Position numbers and translations under genes: made by a program. From NCBI RefSeq assembly GCF_001194135.2, contig NC_068989.1, positions 10,228,094 through 10,292,093 of the forward strand: a DNA stretch of 64,000 nucleotides, written 5' to 3'. Source of the DNA: Octopus bimaculoides (lineage: Eukaryota). The first letter of the stretch is position 1; each line of letters opens with the position of its first letter. Positions 12,181-25,974 of this stretch are shown here, in pieces. The notes under the pieces were generated by a model. It worked only from the letters and a program-made list of their open reading frames with translations, did not search any database and was not told where the DNA came from.

Positions 12181-14144
12181 GCATATATTTAATGAAAGAC
12201 AAAGTTTTATGAGTTAAAAGCATTTCTTAAAGGCAACAGATTTTTTTTTTCAGAAAAGAGGAAATTTAATAAATAGACATGCAAGAAGAAGGAGAGCTGA
12301 ATGGACAAATATTGCAGCAACTAATGAAATGTCGGATTATAATTAAGAATAATAATATATAAAATGTGATGACATGAAGTTTTGATTTGAGTAAAACATG
12401 AATAATTACAAAAGTTGATAGTTGACAACTTATTTGAGAAGAGCAAATGGAACTAATTTGGTGTGCAGTTTTAACATTCTAACTTAAAACTTTAAAACTT
12501 GTTTATTGAATATCAAATTCAAGTTATTAATGACAGCTTCAATCATATTGCTAGTTATAATAACATTTCATTTCATTTCATGGTCTCTTCTTATATAATA
12601 TTCTAAAAATGGTTCTCATTCATTTAACTGAAGCATCATTTAACTAGGAAATATGAAAAATTTAAGAGCTTGTAACAAATAATGAAGTCAAACAAAAAAT
12701 AAATATTTTCTAATTCAAATACATTGCTGAAATTTATTCACTTACAATTGTTATAAATGTTATTTATGTATAAAATATCTATAAACTTATTCAACAGAAA
12801 TATGAAAACTAATTCAAAATAATTACTTCAGGAATCAATAATGACTTCAACAAGCCAATTTAGAATACCCATTCATTTGATTAGGCAGGAAATGTCAATT
12901 AAGACAAGTCATCTGGTATTAGCAGAGCCTTATTTCAATATTTTAGCAGGCTGCAGCTGTAACAAAGCAAATATGATAATCACAATCACTTCTTCCCTAG
13001 AGCTATATGAGATGTTACAAATACACATGTCCCCTTGCAACTGTAGCCTTGTTAATAAGCCATTTGTTAGAGCAAATTGAATAAGGAACTGGAATAAAAT
13101 ATAGAGTGAATCAAAAATTTCTATAGTCATGCCGCAGGCAGTCCTGAAAGATTTATCAATTATTAACTTTCATATCCAACTTGCAATAGTAAAAGCTTTT
13201 ATAATTCATCCCCAACACCCATTAAGCATTATTTCCAGCATGTTATAAATGATAAGCAAATAACTTTAAACCAAAAAAAGAAAAAAAAAGAGAGAGGGGG
13301 GGGGAGAAATGAATAGACACGCTTATATACTTTCTTACATAAGTTTTGTTATTATATTATCATTATGCGTCTGAAACATTCACTGATCGACCCAAAAAAT
13401 TTTTTAAGACCAAGCGATTGGGAGGCAAACTTTTTTACCATGCAGCCATGCCAATGCTATGCTATATATCAACCAAATATAATAAAATTACAAGATTTAA
13501 AAAAAAAAACAAAAAAAAAACTTTCTCCTAGTTTACAGTTCACAAAGCATAACTTGAAGAAAACCGAAAAACTGTGAAATTTAAAAGGAAGGCAGATAAC
13601 TAACAACAATATGCAGTAAATGTTTAATCATTTAAATTATAAATATTTATCAAAATTGTATTGATTTGCAATTCAGACAATCAGAAAGTGGCTAAAACAA
13701 ATAGGCCAACAATAAAATATGCTAATATACATTTACATGACTCATATAAGTAGTTTCTGCAAACAACTGAAGCATTCTCTTGCTGATTTAAGAAATATTC
13801 AATGTTCAATTTCTGCATGTCATTTGCATATAAAATTCAAAACAGTACACATCTGTTATTCTCAACAGACAGCAACTAACCTACTTATCTTGAGCACATT
13901 ACATGATTAATTAAAACTACAAGGGTTTTTGTTTGGTTTTTGTTTGGCGTTTGTTCACATTTTCCCCTTGAAATATTTTACAGTGACTTCCAAGTTTAAA
14001 AAAAAAAAAACCAGAAGATAAAAATGGAAATAAGAAGAAAAAAAATTCAAATGTTCTGAAAAGAATTCTAGCATTACGAAGTACAAATGGTTAATATTCT
14101 TGGAAAATAGCAGAAACGGGTATTTTGAAAATTTTGAAAATTAT

Positions 14145-14515
14145 CATTTTAATGTCCATTTTTCCATGCTTGCATTAAGTCAGACAGAGTTTATTGAGGC
14201 AGATTTATGGTGGCCAGATGCCCTTCCTGTTGCCAACACCAACCTGTTCCCAAGCAAAGTAATATTTTCCCCAAGGCCAGATACATTCTCATAGTATATT
14301 GGAAATGAATGACATTGTTGTGTGACAGTGACAATCATTTAACAACTATCACACAATGTCAAAGCTTTCAGTTTCTGTTTAACAAATCCAATCGCAATGC
14401 TTTGGTCAGCTCAGGGCCACAATAAACGACACTTGCCTAAGGTACCACACAGCAGGATTGAACTCAAAAACCATACAGCCGGGAAGCAAACTCCTTTACC
14501 ACACAACCATGCTCG
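14145..14515 (-). mobile_element. Family E repeat joined to a family A 5' half
   Basis: Same arrangement as 11744-12180. Confidence 0.7.
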
Positions 14516-14819
14516 TGCTTATAAACACAAGTTCAGAAACTTGTAACAAGTGGAAGAAAGGAGACAAAACTAAGTTGTCAAAAAGGAAAAAAAAAAAAAA
14601 CAGTTATTTTGTTTTAACTTTCAACAAAAAGAGATCAAATATTTCAAAACAGATCTCAGAAATCAAGGAAGGTTTGATATTAATTCTCCATGGTATGTTT
14701 TCTTTGACTATATTAACATAATCAATTATTTCCAACACAAAAATATCTATTTTACAGGCAACGAATGAAACTTCTAAAACACTGACATCACAGGAAATGT
14801 GACAGTCAACATATTTCAA

Positions 14820-14870
14820 CAGGATATATACATATATACTTACACACACACGCATACACATATTTATATG

Positions 14871-14922
<52 letters not shown>

Positions 14923-14976
14923 AATATACATACATACATATATGTATATATATATATATACACACACACATATACA

Positions 14977-15014
<38 letters not shown>

Positions 15015-15263
15015 CATATATTCCATACATATAAACACAAATATTTATATGCATATATAAATATATACACATACATATATACACATATACATATGTATAC
15101 ACATATATTTATATACATATATATACACAAATATATATATACATAAATATATACATACATACACACATATATAAATATACATATATACACACACATATAT
15201 ATATACATATAAATATACATACACATATATATATACATATAAATATACATACATATATTATAT

Positions 15264-15297
<34 letters not shown>

Positions 15298-15460
15298 ATA
15301 CATACATACATACATACATACACATACATACTCACATTTATGCATATATATACATCCATATATGCACACAGACATATACACATACAAATATACACACAGA
15401 AATAAATATAGATATAAACACACAAAAACACACACACACAAACACACACAAATACACTAC
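14820..15460. repeat. Long compound (TA)/(CA)/(TACA) low-complexity tract
   Basis: Seen directly; source of the YIYI/HTHT ORFs. Confidence 0.95.
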
Positions 15461-15768
15461 ATGTGTAATGCAGAAACATCAGATTTGTTAGAAAAGAGAA
15501 ACAGGAAGTTGACACATTGCTGGTTTTTCCCACAGGTATTAAAGAATGTACAGGAAAGAGCTGCAAATTTGACAAGAAATTTACTTGTTAAATTATTCAT
15601 CAATATAACTAAGCACCACAACAAATAAGAGCAAATGCCAACACACGGAGAGGATGTCTCTACATGGTCAGTCAGCCTGATAAATATAGCAGCCAAATAA
15701 ATTCTCCCTCAAATCCCACACCATCTTAAAAATGGAAGGACATACAGGGTCATGATAGTTATAAAGAC

Positions 15769-16140
15769 AATCATCATCATCATTTAAAGTCCATTGTCCA
15801 TGCTGGAATGGGTTGGATGGTGTGACCAGAACTGGAAAGTCGGGGGGGATGCACCAGACTCCAGTCTGATCTGGCATGGTCTCTACAGTTGGATGCCCTT
15901 CCTAACACCAACCACTTTACAGAATGTTCTGGGTGCTTTTTACGTGGTACCACATAGGCGTTTTTACACGGTGCCACACAGGGTGCTTTTACATGGCGCT
16001 GCACAGGTGCTGCTTTTATGTGATACTATACAGGTGTTTTTACATGGGACAGTGATGAGTGATTTACACAACCAGAAGCATCGCCCTTAAAACTTCCACT
16101 GGGAGAATGGGTCTTCTTGAGTACAGCCAGGCACCAGGTG
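15769..16140 (-). mobile_element. Family C repeat with an internal ~22-bp degenerate tandem expansion
   Basis: (cat)n tail at 15769 and repeated ggtgctttttacgtgg-like units at 15930-16050. Confidence 0.75.
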
Positions 16141-16151
16141 TGAATAACAAG

Positions 16152-16417
16152 AGGTGCAGGTGGCACGTAAAATACACCATTTCGAGTATGGCCGGTGCCA
16201 GTACCTGCCTGACTGGCCCTCGTGCCGGTGGCACATAAAAGCACCCACTACACTCTCGGAGTGGTTGGCGTTAGGAAGGGCATCCAGCAGTAGAAACTTT
16301 GCCAAATCAGATTGGAGCCTGGTGTAGCCTCCTGGTTCACCAGTCCTCAGTCAAATCGTCCAACCCATGCTAGCATGGAAAGCGGACGTTAAACGACAAC
16401 GATGATGATGATGATGG
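16152..16417 (+). mobile_element. Family C repeat, head-to-head with the previous copy
   Basis: ...gtggttggcgttaggaagggcatccagc...cccatgctagcatggaaagcggacgttaaacgac(gat)n. Confidence 0.85.
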
Positions 16418-16879
16418 TTGGTTCTACTGAAAGCAAATTTGATGTTAAACAACACTTTTTTTTTGTTAACTTTTTTTGCTACTAAGCTGCCCCTAGTTAT
16501 ATTACAAATTACTTGTTTTAAAATTATTTAGATTAAGACCTTCATTCAAAATTTCATGTTAAATTATGTCCCAAACACCGGCTTAATAAAGACAAAGTTA
16601 TTTTAATAAAAATTCCATTATTTTCAAAATTATTTGAAATAAAGTCAGTGTATTTGAACAGAAATGTTATTCAGGATTAGCAACTTTCAGCAAAAATTTT
16701 AATATATATTAAAAACTTTAATAAGAACATCCCAATATGCTCTGACTCTCAACACAAAAATAATATATGTAGAATGCATTAAAGTTTTTCCCATGATCAA
16801 TCACCACATTCTATACAAGAGATTGGAATTAGTAAATATAAGGTAACTAATGAATACATTAATATAATGGGGATAATCA

Positions 16880-16912
16880 TGGAAAGAAGCCCATCGTGCA
16901 TATATATCTATA

Positions 16913-16962
<50 letters not shown>

Positions 16963-17036
16963 TATATATACATATATATATATATACACACACACACANN
17001 NNNNNNNNCACACACACACACATATATATACATATA

Positions 17037-17092
<56 letters not shown>

Positions 17093-17281
17093 TGTGTATA
17101 TGTGTGTGTGTGTTTGTCCCTCCACCATCGCTTGATAACCGATGCTGGTGTGTTTACATCCCCATAACTTAGTGGTTTGGCAGAAGAGACCGATAGAATA
17201 AGTACTAGGCTTACAAAGAATAAGTCCCGGGGTCGATTTGTTCGACTAAAGGCGGTGCTCCAGCATGGCCACAGTCAAATT
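16880..17281 (+). mobile_element. Family A SINE, 3' part with expanded internal microsatellite
   Basis: gaaagaagcccatcg-(TA/CA)n-tttgtccctccaccatcgcttgataaccgatgctgg...cagcatggccacagtcaaat. Confidence 0.8.
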
Positions 17282-17627
17282 TCTAAACGATTTTTCAAGG
17301 TGACCAAGCATTATAAGTGCTTAACACTGAAGGTGTGTGACCTGGGTGTTTATGATACAGCAGTAGTTACAACAAAAGACAGTTTCCCACTTGACTCACA
17401 ACTTTTTTATTTAATGCCATGCATGCTTTTGTGAATATAACAGAATGGTTTGAAAGGGATAAAATGTAAACAGATATTTTCTGTTCATAGTTTTATCTAT
17501 CACCCATACAGATAAAATCTAGAGGAATTCAATTGCTGGTACTATGAAGTAAAATCTATTTTGACTTAAAATGAACTGAAATGAAGATGCTGAATTATTC
17601 TCTACAAGTTTCAATACAATTCAACTG

Positions 17628-17659
<32 letters not shown>

Positions 17660-17674
17660 ATGACTGTCTATAAT

Positions 17675-18068
17675 ACATGTGGCTTGTGGCACTTCGTCGC
17701 TTACGACGTCGAGGGTTCCAGTTGATCCGATCAACGGAACAGCCTGCTCGTGAAATTAACGTGCAAGTGGCTGAGCACTCCACAGACACGTGTACCCTTA
17801 TAATGTAGTTCTCGGGGATATTCAGCATGACACAGTGTGACAAGGCTGGCCCCTTTGAAATACAGGTACAACAGAAACAGGAAGAAAGAATGAGAGAAAG
17901 TTGTGGTGAAAGAGTAGAGCAGGGTTCACCACCAGCCCCTGTCAGAGCCGCATGGAGTTTTTAGGTGTTTTTGCTCTATAAACACTCACAATGCCTTGTC
18001 TGGGAATCGAAACCGCGATTCTACAACCGCGATTCTACTGCCCTAACCACTGGGCCATTGCAACTCCA
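17675..18068 (-). mobile_element. tRNA-headed SINE, family D (full length)
   Basis: Reverse complement of the 31611-32010 element over its whole length. Confidence 0.88.
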
Positions 18069-18559
18069 CTGTATGTAGATATATGCAAGTGTGTATGCAT
18101 GTATGTGTATGTGCATACACACACATATACACATAATTAAATAAGCCAAGTAGAACAGTAAAAATTAACCACATGTAAAGAATATTATGTTCTAAACATT
18201 TAATGTCAAATTGTTTGATATTTTGTGAATGAGGACAAGATACGTCTCTCATAATTTTCTAAATAAATTGTATTTTGTTGCTGCTGTTTGCAGATTTTTT
18301 TTTTTTACACTTTCAGTTCTCCTAAAACTAACATAGCTATTGAGATTTGTTTCATTTGTGTGGTGGTGGTGGTGGTGGTGGTGGGGTTGTTGTTTTCCCC
18401 CACCCCCACATGACAAGCTTATTTTGTGTAGCGTAGATCCTTCTGAATCAACTCTAGCATCTTACTACTATACATTTTGTTAAAACCCCAGTAAAACTAA
18501 AGTGGACCCTGCAAAATACGTAATTAACATAACTATTAAATAATGTCACTAAGTAATCA

Positions 18560-18790
18560 ACATCATCATCATCATCATTTAACGTCCGCTTTCCATGCTG
18601 GCATGGGTTGGACGGTTTAGCTGAGTCCTGGCAAGCCAGGAGGCTGCACAAGGTTCTAATCTGATCTGGCAAGGTTTCTACAGCTGGATGCCTTTCCTTA
18701 CGCCAACCACTCTGAGAGTATAGTGGGTGCTTTTTACGTGCCACCGGCATGGGAGCCAGTCAGGTGGCACTGGCATTGACCACACTCGTA
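18560..18790 (-). mobile_element. Family C repeat
   Basis: (cat)n tail plus the conserved RTE-like 3' module. Confidence 0.85.
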
Positions 18791-18973
18791 TGTAAAATCA
18801 GTTGACTGGCGCCAGCAAGAATTAATGAGAAAATCAAACTCAGAAGGAAATTATATATAATGTCTTCAATAGGCATAAATTCTTGAATTTACAAAAGAAC
18901 AAAAAAAATTAAGGCTGTACCCTGATGCCTTTCTGGGCACAAATGGAGAGGAATCACAAAAATCGAACCAAGT

Positions 18974-19204
18974 TTAACCCCTTAGCATTTAAACCAGCTG
19001 CATTCAGGCAAAAATATTCTGACTGACTTACGTTCAAACTGGCCAGATCTGGCCTCTCACATCTACCTTACAATGTCACTCAGAAAATAAAAATGAACAA
19101 TCATATCGTGAAAGTCTTGAAGCTACAAGATAACTTATTAATTCCAAACAATGGGAACAAATAAGCATTACATTTGACTAAGTAATCTGAAGGTTAAAGG
19201 TTAA
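18974..19204. mobile_element. piggyBac-like MITE, same family as 9328
   Basis: ttaaccccttagcattt...aaaggttaa. Confidence 0.8.
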
Positions 19205-20119
19205 TATTTCCAGTTGGAAATTTGTCATAATATTCCTTTGTCACAAGAATTTAGAAACTTCAAGAGACATGAAATAATTCATTTTTAATGACGGAATTCA
19301 ATGATATGAATAATAAATAAAGTTTTAAAATAGTGTGTAAATATTGTGTTAAAAACCCCTTTAGACAGAAAGTCAAGGGTGGCCTGTAAGACTGAATATC
19401 TATCATGTTCACTCACAGAAGATGCGGTTTTGAGTTCCATAGGCAACCATCGAGTTTCTCTATCTAAAGTGCTTTTTGCATCAATACTTACATGTCATTT
19501 TTCATTGCTTTATCTACTTCATGTTCCACCATTAAAAAAAATAAATTCAGTCACAATATTATCAATTTCTAACACAGTTACAATACCAGAGATGTGGTCA
19601 GAATGAAAACGGAGTAAACAGAGCAGAATGAATACTAACAAAACAAAATGGAACAACCCAAATAAACACAATCAATTCTTATATTACATATGTTACTGCA
19701 TACAAAATATACAGTCTACGTGACATACACATGAAAGGAAAATACATGAACACTTGGAACAAATGAGACAAAACAAAACAAACATTTAAATACAAGCAAA
19801 AGAAAATAAAACAGACGATGATAGTCTGTTTTATTTTCATCATTATCATTTGGAAAATAGACTATCTCGAAATCAGATCTACACAATTTAAAAAAAAAAA
19901 ATAAAGCATTAACTAGTACAAAGGGATAATAAACCAGTCAGTAACAAAAACAATGATGAATTTTGATTACTAAATGTAAAGATCACAGTAAACTAGTTCT
20001 GAAAAAAGTGGAGTCCTCTCAAAAGATTAACTCTGAACTGTAAGGCTTGTCCCTTGGATAGAATTCCAAAATATATTGAAGCAAAAAGTGGAGAGAGAAA
20101 TCACTTCTATCACTAACCA

Positions 20120-20525
20120 TCACCATCGTCATTTTGACATCCACTTTTCCATGCTTGTATGGGTTAAAAAAAATTCACTGAGACTAATTTTCGGTGCTTT
20201 TCCTGTCACTAATCTTGACTAGTTTCCAAGCAAGGTAAATATTTCCCTAAGTCCTATGAATATGAGCAGCAAAATGGCTGCACATGTTTCCATGGAGGAT
20301 TGCAAATGAATGATACTACTTTTTTTGTGATCTTTGCTTATAATTTGCATGTGATATAATTTGCATGTGATTATAATTTGCATGTGATTATAATTTGCAT
20401 GTGATATAATTTGCATGTGATATAATTTGCATGTGATTATAATTTGCATGTGATTATAATTTGCATGTGATTATAATTTGCATGTGATTATAATTTGCAT
20501 GTGATATCAAGACAAAGACACGTGA
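20120..20525 (-). mobile_element. Family E repeat carrying an internal minisatellite
   Basis: ttttgacatccacttttccatgcttgtatggg...tttccaagcaaggtaaatatttccc...array...atcaagacaaagac. Confidence 0.75.
20339..20505. repeat. Minisatellite of 10 copies of (T)ATAATTTGCATGTGAT (16/17 bp)
   Basis: Counted directly: seven 17-mers and three 16-mers with no internal substitutions. Confidence 0.97.
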
Positions 20526-20734
20526 ATACACACACACACACCACTCCATGTTTCATCAGATCCTGTTAAACTAAACAACCCATGCCAGCAAGGAAAAGAG
20601 ACATTATTTGATGATGATGATGACGACGACAACATTGACAACACACATATGACATGCTTCTTTGAGTTTCCAGCCACCAAATCTACTCACAAAGCTTTGG
20701 TTGGCACAGGGCTCTAACAGGAGATGCAATAAAG

Positions 20735-21115
20735 AAGAGGAGGTGAATATCCTAGCGGTACACAAGTTACACCAACAGAATTGACCAAAGATATTAAAGA
20801 AGTTTCTTATCCAAATGAGTGAGGAAGAGCTTGGAAACATCCCTGACATGATTAAACTGCATCCAGCTGTTTGTGATTGTGAATAGGAAGAGCTCGTGTG
20901 CCACATTTGTGGAAACACCAACCACCTAAGAGCCTTCTGCCTATAGCAGAAGGAAAAAAGGACAAAACGTGTACAGATGTCCAGTCCACAATCACAACAA
21001 CAACATCAGCAATAACACCAACAATACAACACTGCAACAGCAACACCAGCAGCAACAGAAACCACCAAAACAGCAACAGCATCAGAGCCTACCACCACGA
21101 CCAAAAGTGAGCTCA
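20735..21115 (+). pseudogene. Retroelement ORF1/gag relic with a CCHC zinc knuckle
   Basis: Frame 1 reads ...KFLIQMSEEELGNIPDMIKLHPAVCDCE*EELV-CHICGNTNHLRAFC-L*QKEK..., then a Q/T/A-rich tail. CX2CX4HX4C lies at 20899-20940, with in-frame stops. The clade (L1/Tx1-like suspected) is not established. Confidence 0.7.
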
Positions 21116-22087
21116 ATCAACCCTCATCTATGACTGCTCCTTATTTTATTGACCTTAAAGGGATGAAAAGCATAGTTTACCTTAATGAGATTTAAACCTA
21201 GATGAGAAATTGATATAATTAAATATCATCAAGTAGTTTGGCACTGAAGCCATTTTGCCTCTCTACTGCCTAATTATAAAAATAATTATTATTATGATTA
21301 TAGTAATAGCCACTTGAATTCCTAGGTTTCTGGTATTCTTAATAATTATCAAGAAATTAACACAAAGAATGTGGAAAGAGAATAATTAATACTATCAACA
21401 AGTAGGACCCCATAGTTTAAGAAAGATGGTTTTAGGAAACAGTTACTACCAAAACACACACATACATGCACAAAGGAACTTTGACCGAAACTAAACACAC
21501 AAAACATTTCAATACATGTTGAGCCAGAACCACAGATCATTCTGTAAATACTAAGATGTACAAAAAGAGTTAACCAAGGTTAGGTTGGAATGGTATTAAT
21601 AAAGAAAAACATTATATAAATTACAGGAAACATGAAAATGTCTAAGTCAGTGAGTGTAATAAAAAAAAGCTTGCGGGGGTTATACATATGATAGTATTTT
21701 TCAAAGTTAACGCTTCTTGTTGTTGTTGTCGTTGGCGGTGGTGATGATGGTGGTGTATTTTTCATCAGCAAGCGCTATTAGTCCAGGAATGAAAACCTTG
21801 CCAACCATGTGTGAATATAGTTTACACTTACTCTTTTACAGCCTAATGGAATTCTCAAGTAATACAATTTTTTTTTTTTTTTACAATATCTATGGTGTAA
21901 TATTTCATAAAAAAAAAAAATTATAAATTAAATTTTAAGAATGGAACACAATATAACCATCAACATGTTAAGGAAAGACAATAACAGGTAGACAATATAT
22001 TAAATAGTCATTCCTTTATTAAAGAAAGGATGCAATAAAATATCTTTACTATAGAGTAATCGATATAAAAGTGACAATACAGAAATT

Positions 22088-22134
<47 letters not shown>

Positions 22135-22249
22135 AGAGAGAGAGAGAACGAGAAGTTGGGTACAGGTAAAGAGAGATGATCACAAGAAGGGAAACAAAAG
22201 GCAGAAAAATAAGCATCTTCAGTTTTCAACAAGTATAATAATAATAATA

Positions 22250-22286
<37 letters not shown>

Positions 22287-23276
22287 TAAAACTGAATATG
22301 AAACTACATTGACATTGGAGAAGCAAAAAAAAAAGGAAATCAATTGAAGCACTTAAGAGACTAACTTNNNNNNNNNNNNNNNNNNNNNNNNNNNNNNNNN
22401 NNNNNNNNNNNNNNNNNNNNNNNNNNNNNNNNNNNNNNNNNNNNNNNNNNNNNNNNNNNNNNNNNNNNNNNNNNNNNNNNNNNNNNNNNNNNNNNNNNNN
22501 NNNNNNNNNNNNNNNNNNNNNNNNNNNNNNNNNNNNNNNNNNNNNNNNNNNNNNNNNNNNNNNNNNNNNNNNNNNNNNNNNNNNNNNNNNNNNNNNNNNN
22601 NNNNNNNNNNNNNNNNNNNNNNNNNNNNNNNNNNNNNNNNNNNNNNNNNNNNNNNNNNNNNNNNNNNNNNNNNNNNNNNNNNNNNNNNNNNNNNNNNNNN
22701 NNNNNNNNNNNNNNNNNNNNNNNNNNNNNNNNNNNNNNNNNNNNNNNNNNNNNNNNNNNNNNNNNNNNNNNNNNNNNNNNNNNNNNNNNNNNNNNNNNNN
22801 NNNNNNNNNNNNNNNNNNNNNNNNNNNNNNNNNNNNNNNNNNNNNNNNNNNNNNNNNNNNNNNNNNNNNNNNNNNNNNNNNNNNNNNNNNNNNNNNNNNN
22901 NNNNNNNNNNNNNNNNNNNNNNNNNNNNNNNNNNNNNNNNNNNNNNNNNNNNNNNNNNNNNNNNAGAACGGTAGGGGAGGAAGAGGTTTGCTCGTAGGGG
23001 TGAGTTGCATAGCAATTTTGAAAAACTATTATTAAACTTCCACTTTTATATGAGCAATTTATCATAAAAGCTGATAACTCAGCAATTTGTCTTTCAAAAA
23101 CAAAAATGACAAAGAAAAAGCTGTTAAAATCTAAAATTAATAGATATATAAATTGTTGCACACAAACGTAGTAAACAACAGTTTATTCTTTATTATTTTT
23201 TCTTTTATCATATATTATAATCCTTCAGAACCATTGACTGAGATTTATGTCAGAAATTTAAGTGCTACATATAATT

Positions 23277-23323
<47 letters not shown>

Positions 23324-24805
23324 AAACTAAAATGATATATAAACTTTTAGTTTAGTATGTATGTATATGTATGTATGTATGTGTGTGTATTATAAATAAA
23401 TTACATGTATAATTATATGTATGTTCATGTATGTATGTGCACACATGCATGCACACATGCATGCACACATAACACTAAAATTTTATATATATTTGTAAAA
23501 TTTTAGTTTATTTTCAGTATAAATAATTAAAGAATTTTGTGAAGAAAAGAGACGATATCAAAGAGCAATTGAAAATATTAAAATATTTGAATTGAAAAAA
23601 TTGAGATCTCTATCATTAGTTACCATTATAGATTCAGACAAAATTTATTTCTTTATTTCGTTGTTTTTTTTGTTTTTTTTTTGTTTTTTTTTTTTCAAAC
23701 ACACATTAAATATTGACAAATTTGCTTGGGTAACAAAAAGAAAAATAACAAAAAGACATATTGGAAAATGAGGATATTGCCATTGGTGTTGTTAAAGCTA
23801 TTTTATCCAACACTTAGCACTGCAGATCTAGACTGAAAAAGTCAATAACAATTTATTTAATGTTTTACCAAATATGATTGATGGTAATTGGAGGAGGTGG
23901 TGGGGGGAGTAAATCACATCTATTTCATATCATTATTGATATGTGCCTTCAATTCTAGAATTACAAAGGAAAGACAATCATAGAGAAAAAAAAACAGCAT
24001 AAAAAACAAAAACAAAAAAAAACAATGTGGTTCCAGGTTTGATCCTGCTATAAGTATGCGTGTTCGAAAATGTTTACAACCCTAGTGCTGCTTTTAATTT
24101 ATATTTCAATCTATTCTTACAAATGCACCGTCCAGGCAAACCAGCATATAGTTTTTTTACACTATTCGCTGATTAGTCATGGACTGGTGATTCAGTTCGC
24201 CTCCAATTCTCAGTTCAGGCATGTGATACTGATAAACCACAAAAATGACGAAACCAGTATCCATCACTCCTGAATGGTATTTGGGTGAGTTGTCTCATCT
24301 ATCTATGGCTTTCAGGTGCTTTGATGGAGTCATCTACACTGTGCCAAATTGCAGCCTACCAGTGAATAAGCAAAACACATACATTGAGTATGTGTGTTCA
24401 ATAATGCGTGCGTGTGTGTGTGTGTGTGTGTGTGTGCACACGCATGCATGCATGCAAACATGGATACACATTTGTGTTTATGTATTTAGGTTGGTGTTTT
24501 CACCAGTTTAAAAAGATTGTGTCCTTCTATGTTTTATCTTTTACTCGCTTCAGTCACTAGACTGCGGCCATGCTGAGACTCCACTTATGTATGATTCAGA
24601 GATTGCTACATAATTATCATATTAAGAAGGAGTTTTTTTTTGTTTTTTTTGTCTTTTCATTGGACAACTTAACTACTGTAATGTTGTAAACTAAAATAAC
24701 CTTCAGCAGTTTCTTTGGCTGTTTAATTATTATAAAAATGGAATATCAAACAGCTCCGAGAGACAAAGAAGAAGTATAGAAGACAGAATTGTAAGAAATA
24801 AGTGA

Positions 24806-25170
24806 TGCAGGCATGGTGGTGTGGTTAAGAAGCTTGCTTTGTAACCAGGTGATTTCAGGTTCGGTCCCATTGCACGGCATTTAGGGTAAGAGCTTTTTCT
24901 ATAACCCTGAACCCACCAATGCCTTGTGAGTGAATTTGGTGAACAAAAACTGTGTATGTATGTGTATGTGTGTTTTGTATTTTCCTTTCACTGCTTAACA
25001 ACCACTGTTGGATTGTTTACATCCTCATAACTTAGCAGTTCAGCAAAAGAGAACAACAGAATAAGCATCAAGTTTAAGACGAATAGGTACTGAGGTTGGT
25101 TTGTTTGACTAAACCCTTCAAGGTGGTGCTCCAGCATGGTTGCACACCAATGACTGAGGCAAGTGAAAGA
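24806..25170 (+). mobile_element. Family A SINE (diverged)
   Basis: gcaggcatggtggtgtggttaagaagcttgc...ggtggtgctccagcatgg. Confidence 0.8.
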
Positions 25171-25439
25171 TATCGAGATTATTTAAATGCTAGAGACGAA
25201 AACTTAAAACTAGAATTGTTGAATTTAATTTCCTAGTGTTAAGATTGTATAATATCCATTGTTTCACTCATAAGACATTAATTCTATACACAACATTTTG
25301 GGATCCAGAATTCATAAATTAATAACAATGGTACCAAAACTCTGAGGGATTTCAAGAACTGATACGTAACTTCATCACCCAGCAAGCAATGTGAGACCGT
25401 AGCTGTGGCTTATGTCAGTGTCGCATAACCAGCCCACTG

Positions 25440-25778
25440 GGCAATAAACTATGCTTGAGAAGACTTGTTGAGTCAAGTGAAATCATTGTTGTGGCCGATG
25501 CCAGTACCGCATGACTGGTACCTGTGCTGGTGGCACATAAAAAGCATGATTTGTGTATGGTTGATGCCAGTACGGCCTGACTGGCCCTCATACTGGTGGC
25601 ACATAAAAAGCACCCACTATACTCTCGGAGTGGTTGGCATTAGGAAGGGCATCTAGCTGTAGAAACCTTGCCAGATCAGATTGGGGCCTGGTGCAACCTC
25701 CTGGCTTGCCAGTCCTCATCCAAACCGTCCAACCCATGCTAGCATGGAAAGCGGATGTTAAACGATTATGATGATGAT
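25440..25778 (+). mobile_element. Family C repeat
   Basis: ctatgcttgagaagac...ggcacataaaaagcacc...(atg)n. Confidence 0.85.
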
Positions 25779-25974
25779 GGTTTTCAGTGGATAAGATATA
25801 AATGTCTTACTGGATAAAACGCCAGTCTCAGACATTTCCAAAATGGCTATGTACTTATTCTTGGACAGCAATCTTATTTAACGTGCTTCAGTCAGTGGAC
25901 TACAGCCATGCTGGTGCACAAGCAGTACTTATTTTTCTTAAAAGTCTAATATTTATTCTACTAGATCCTTATGT

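Noticed and set aside
14604-15575. Clusters of YIYI/CVCV/HTHT/RERE ORFs (also at 2731, 16801, 36752, 48002, 51179, 56876 and 63620)
   Set aside because: Translations of microsatellites and low-complexity tracts.
20339-20505. CRISPR-like array
   Set aside because: There are no spacers, the units are contiguous, and the context is eukaryotic; it is a minisatellite.
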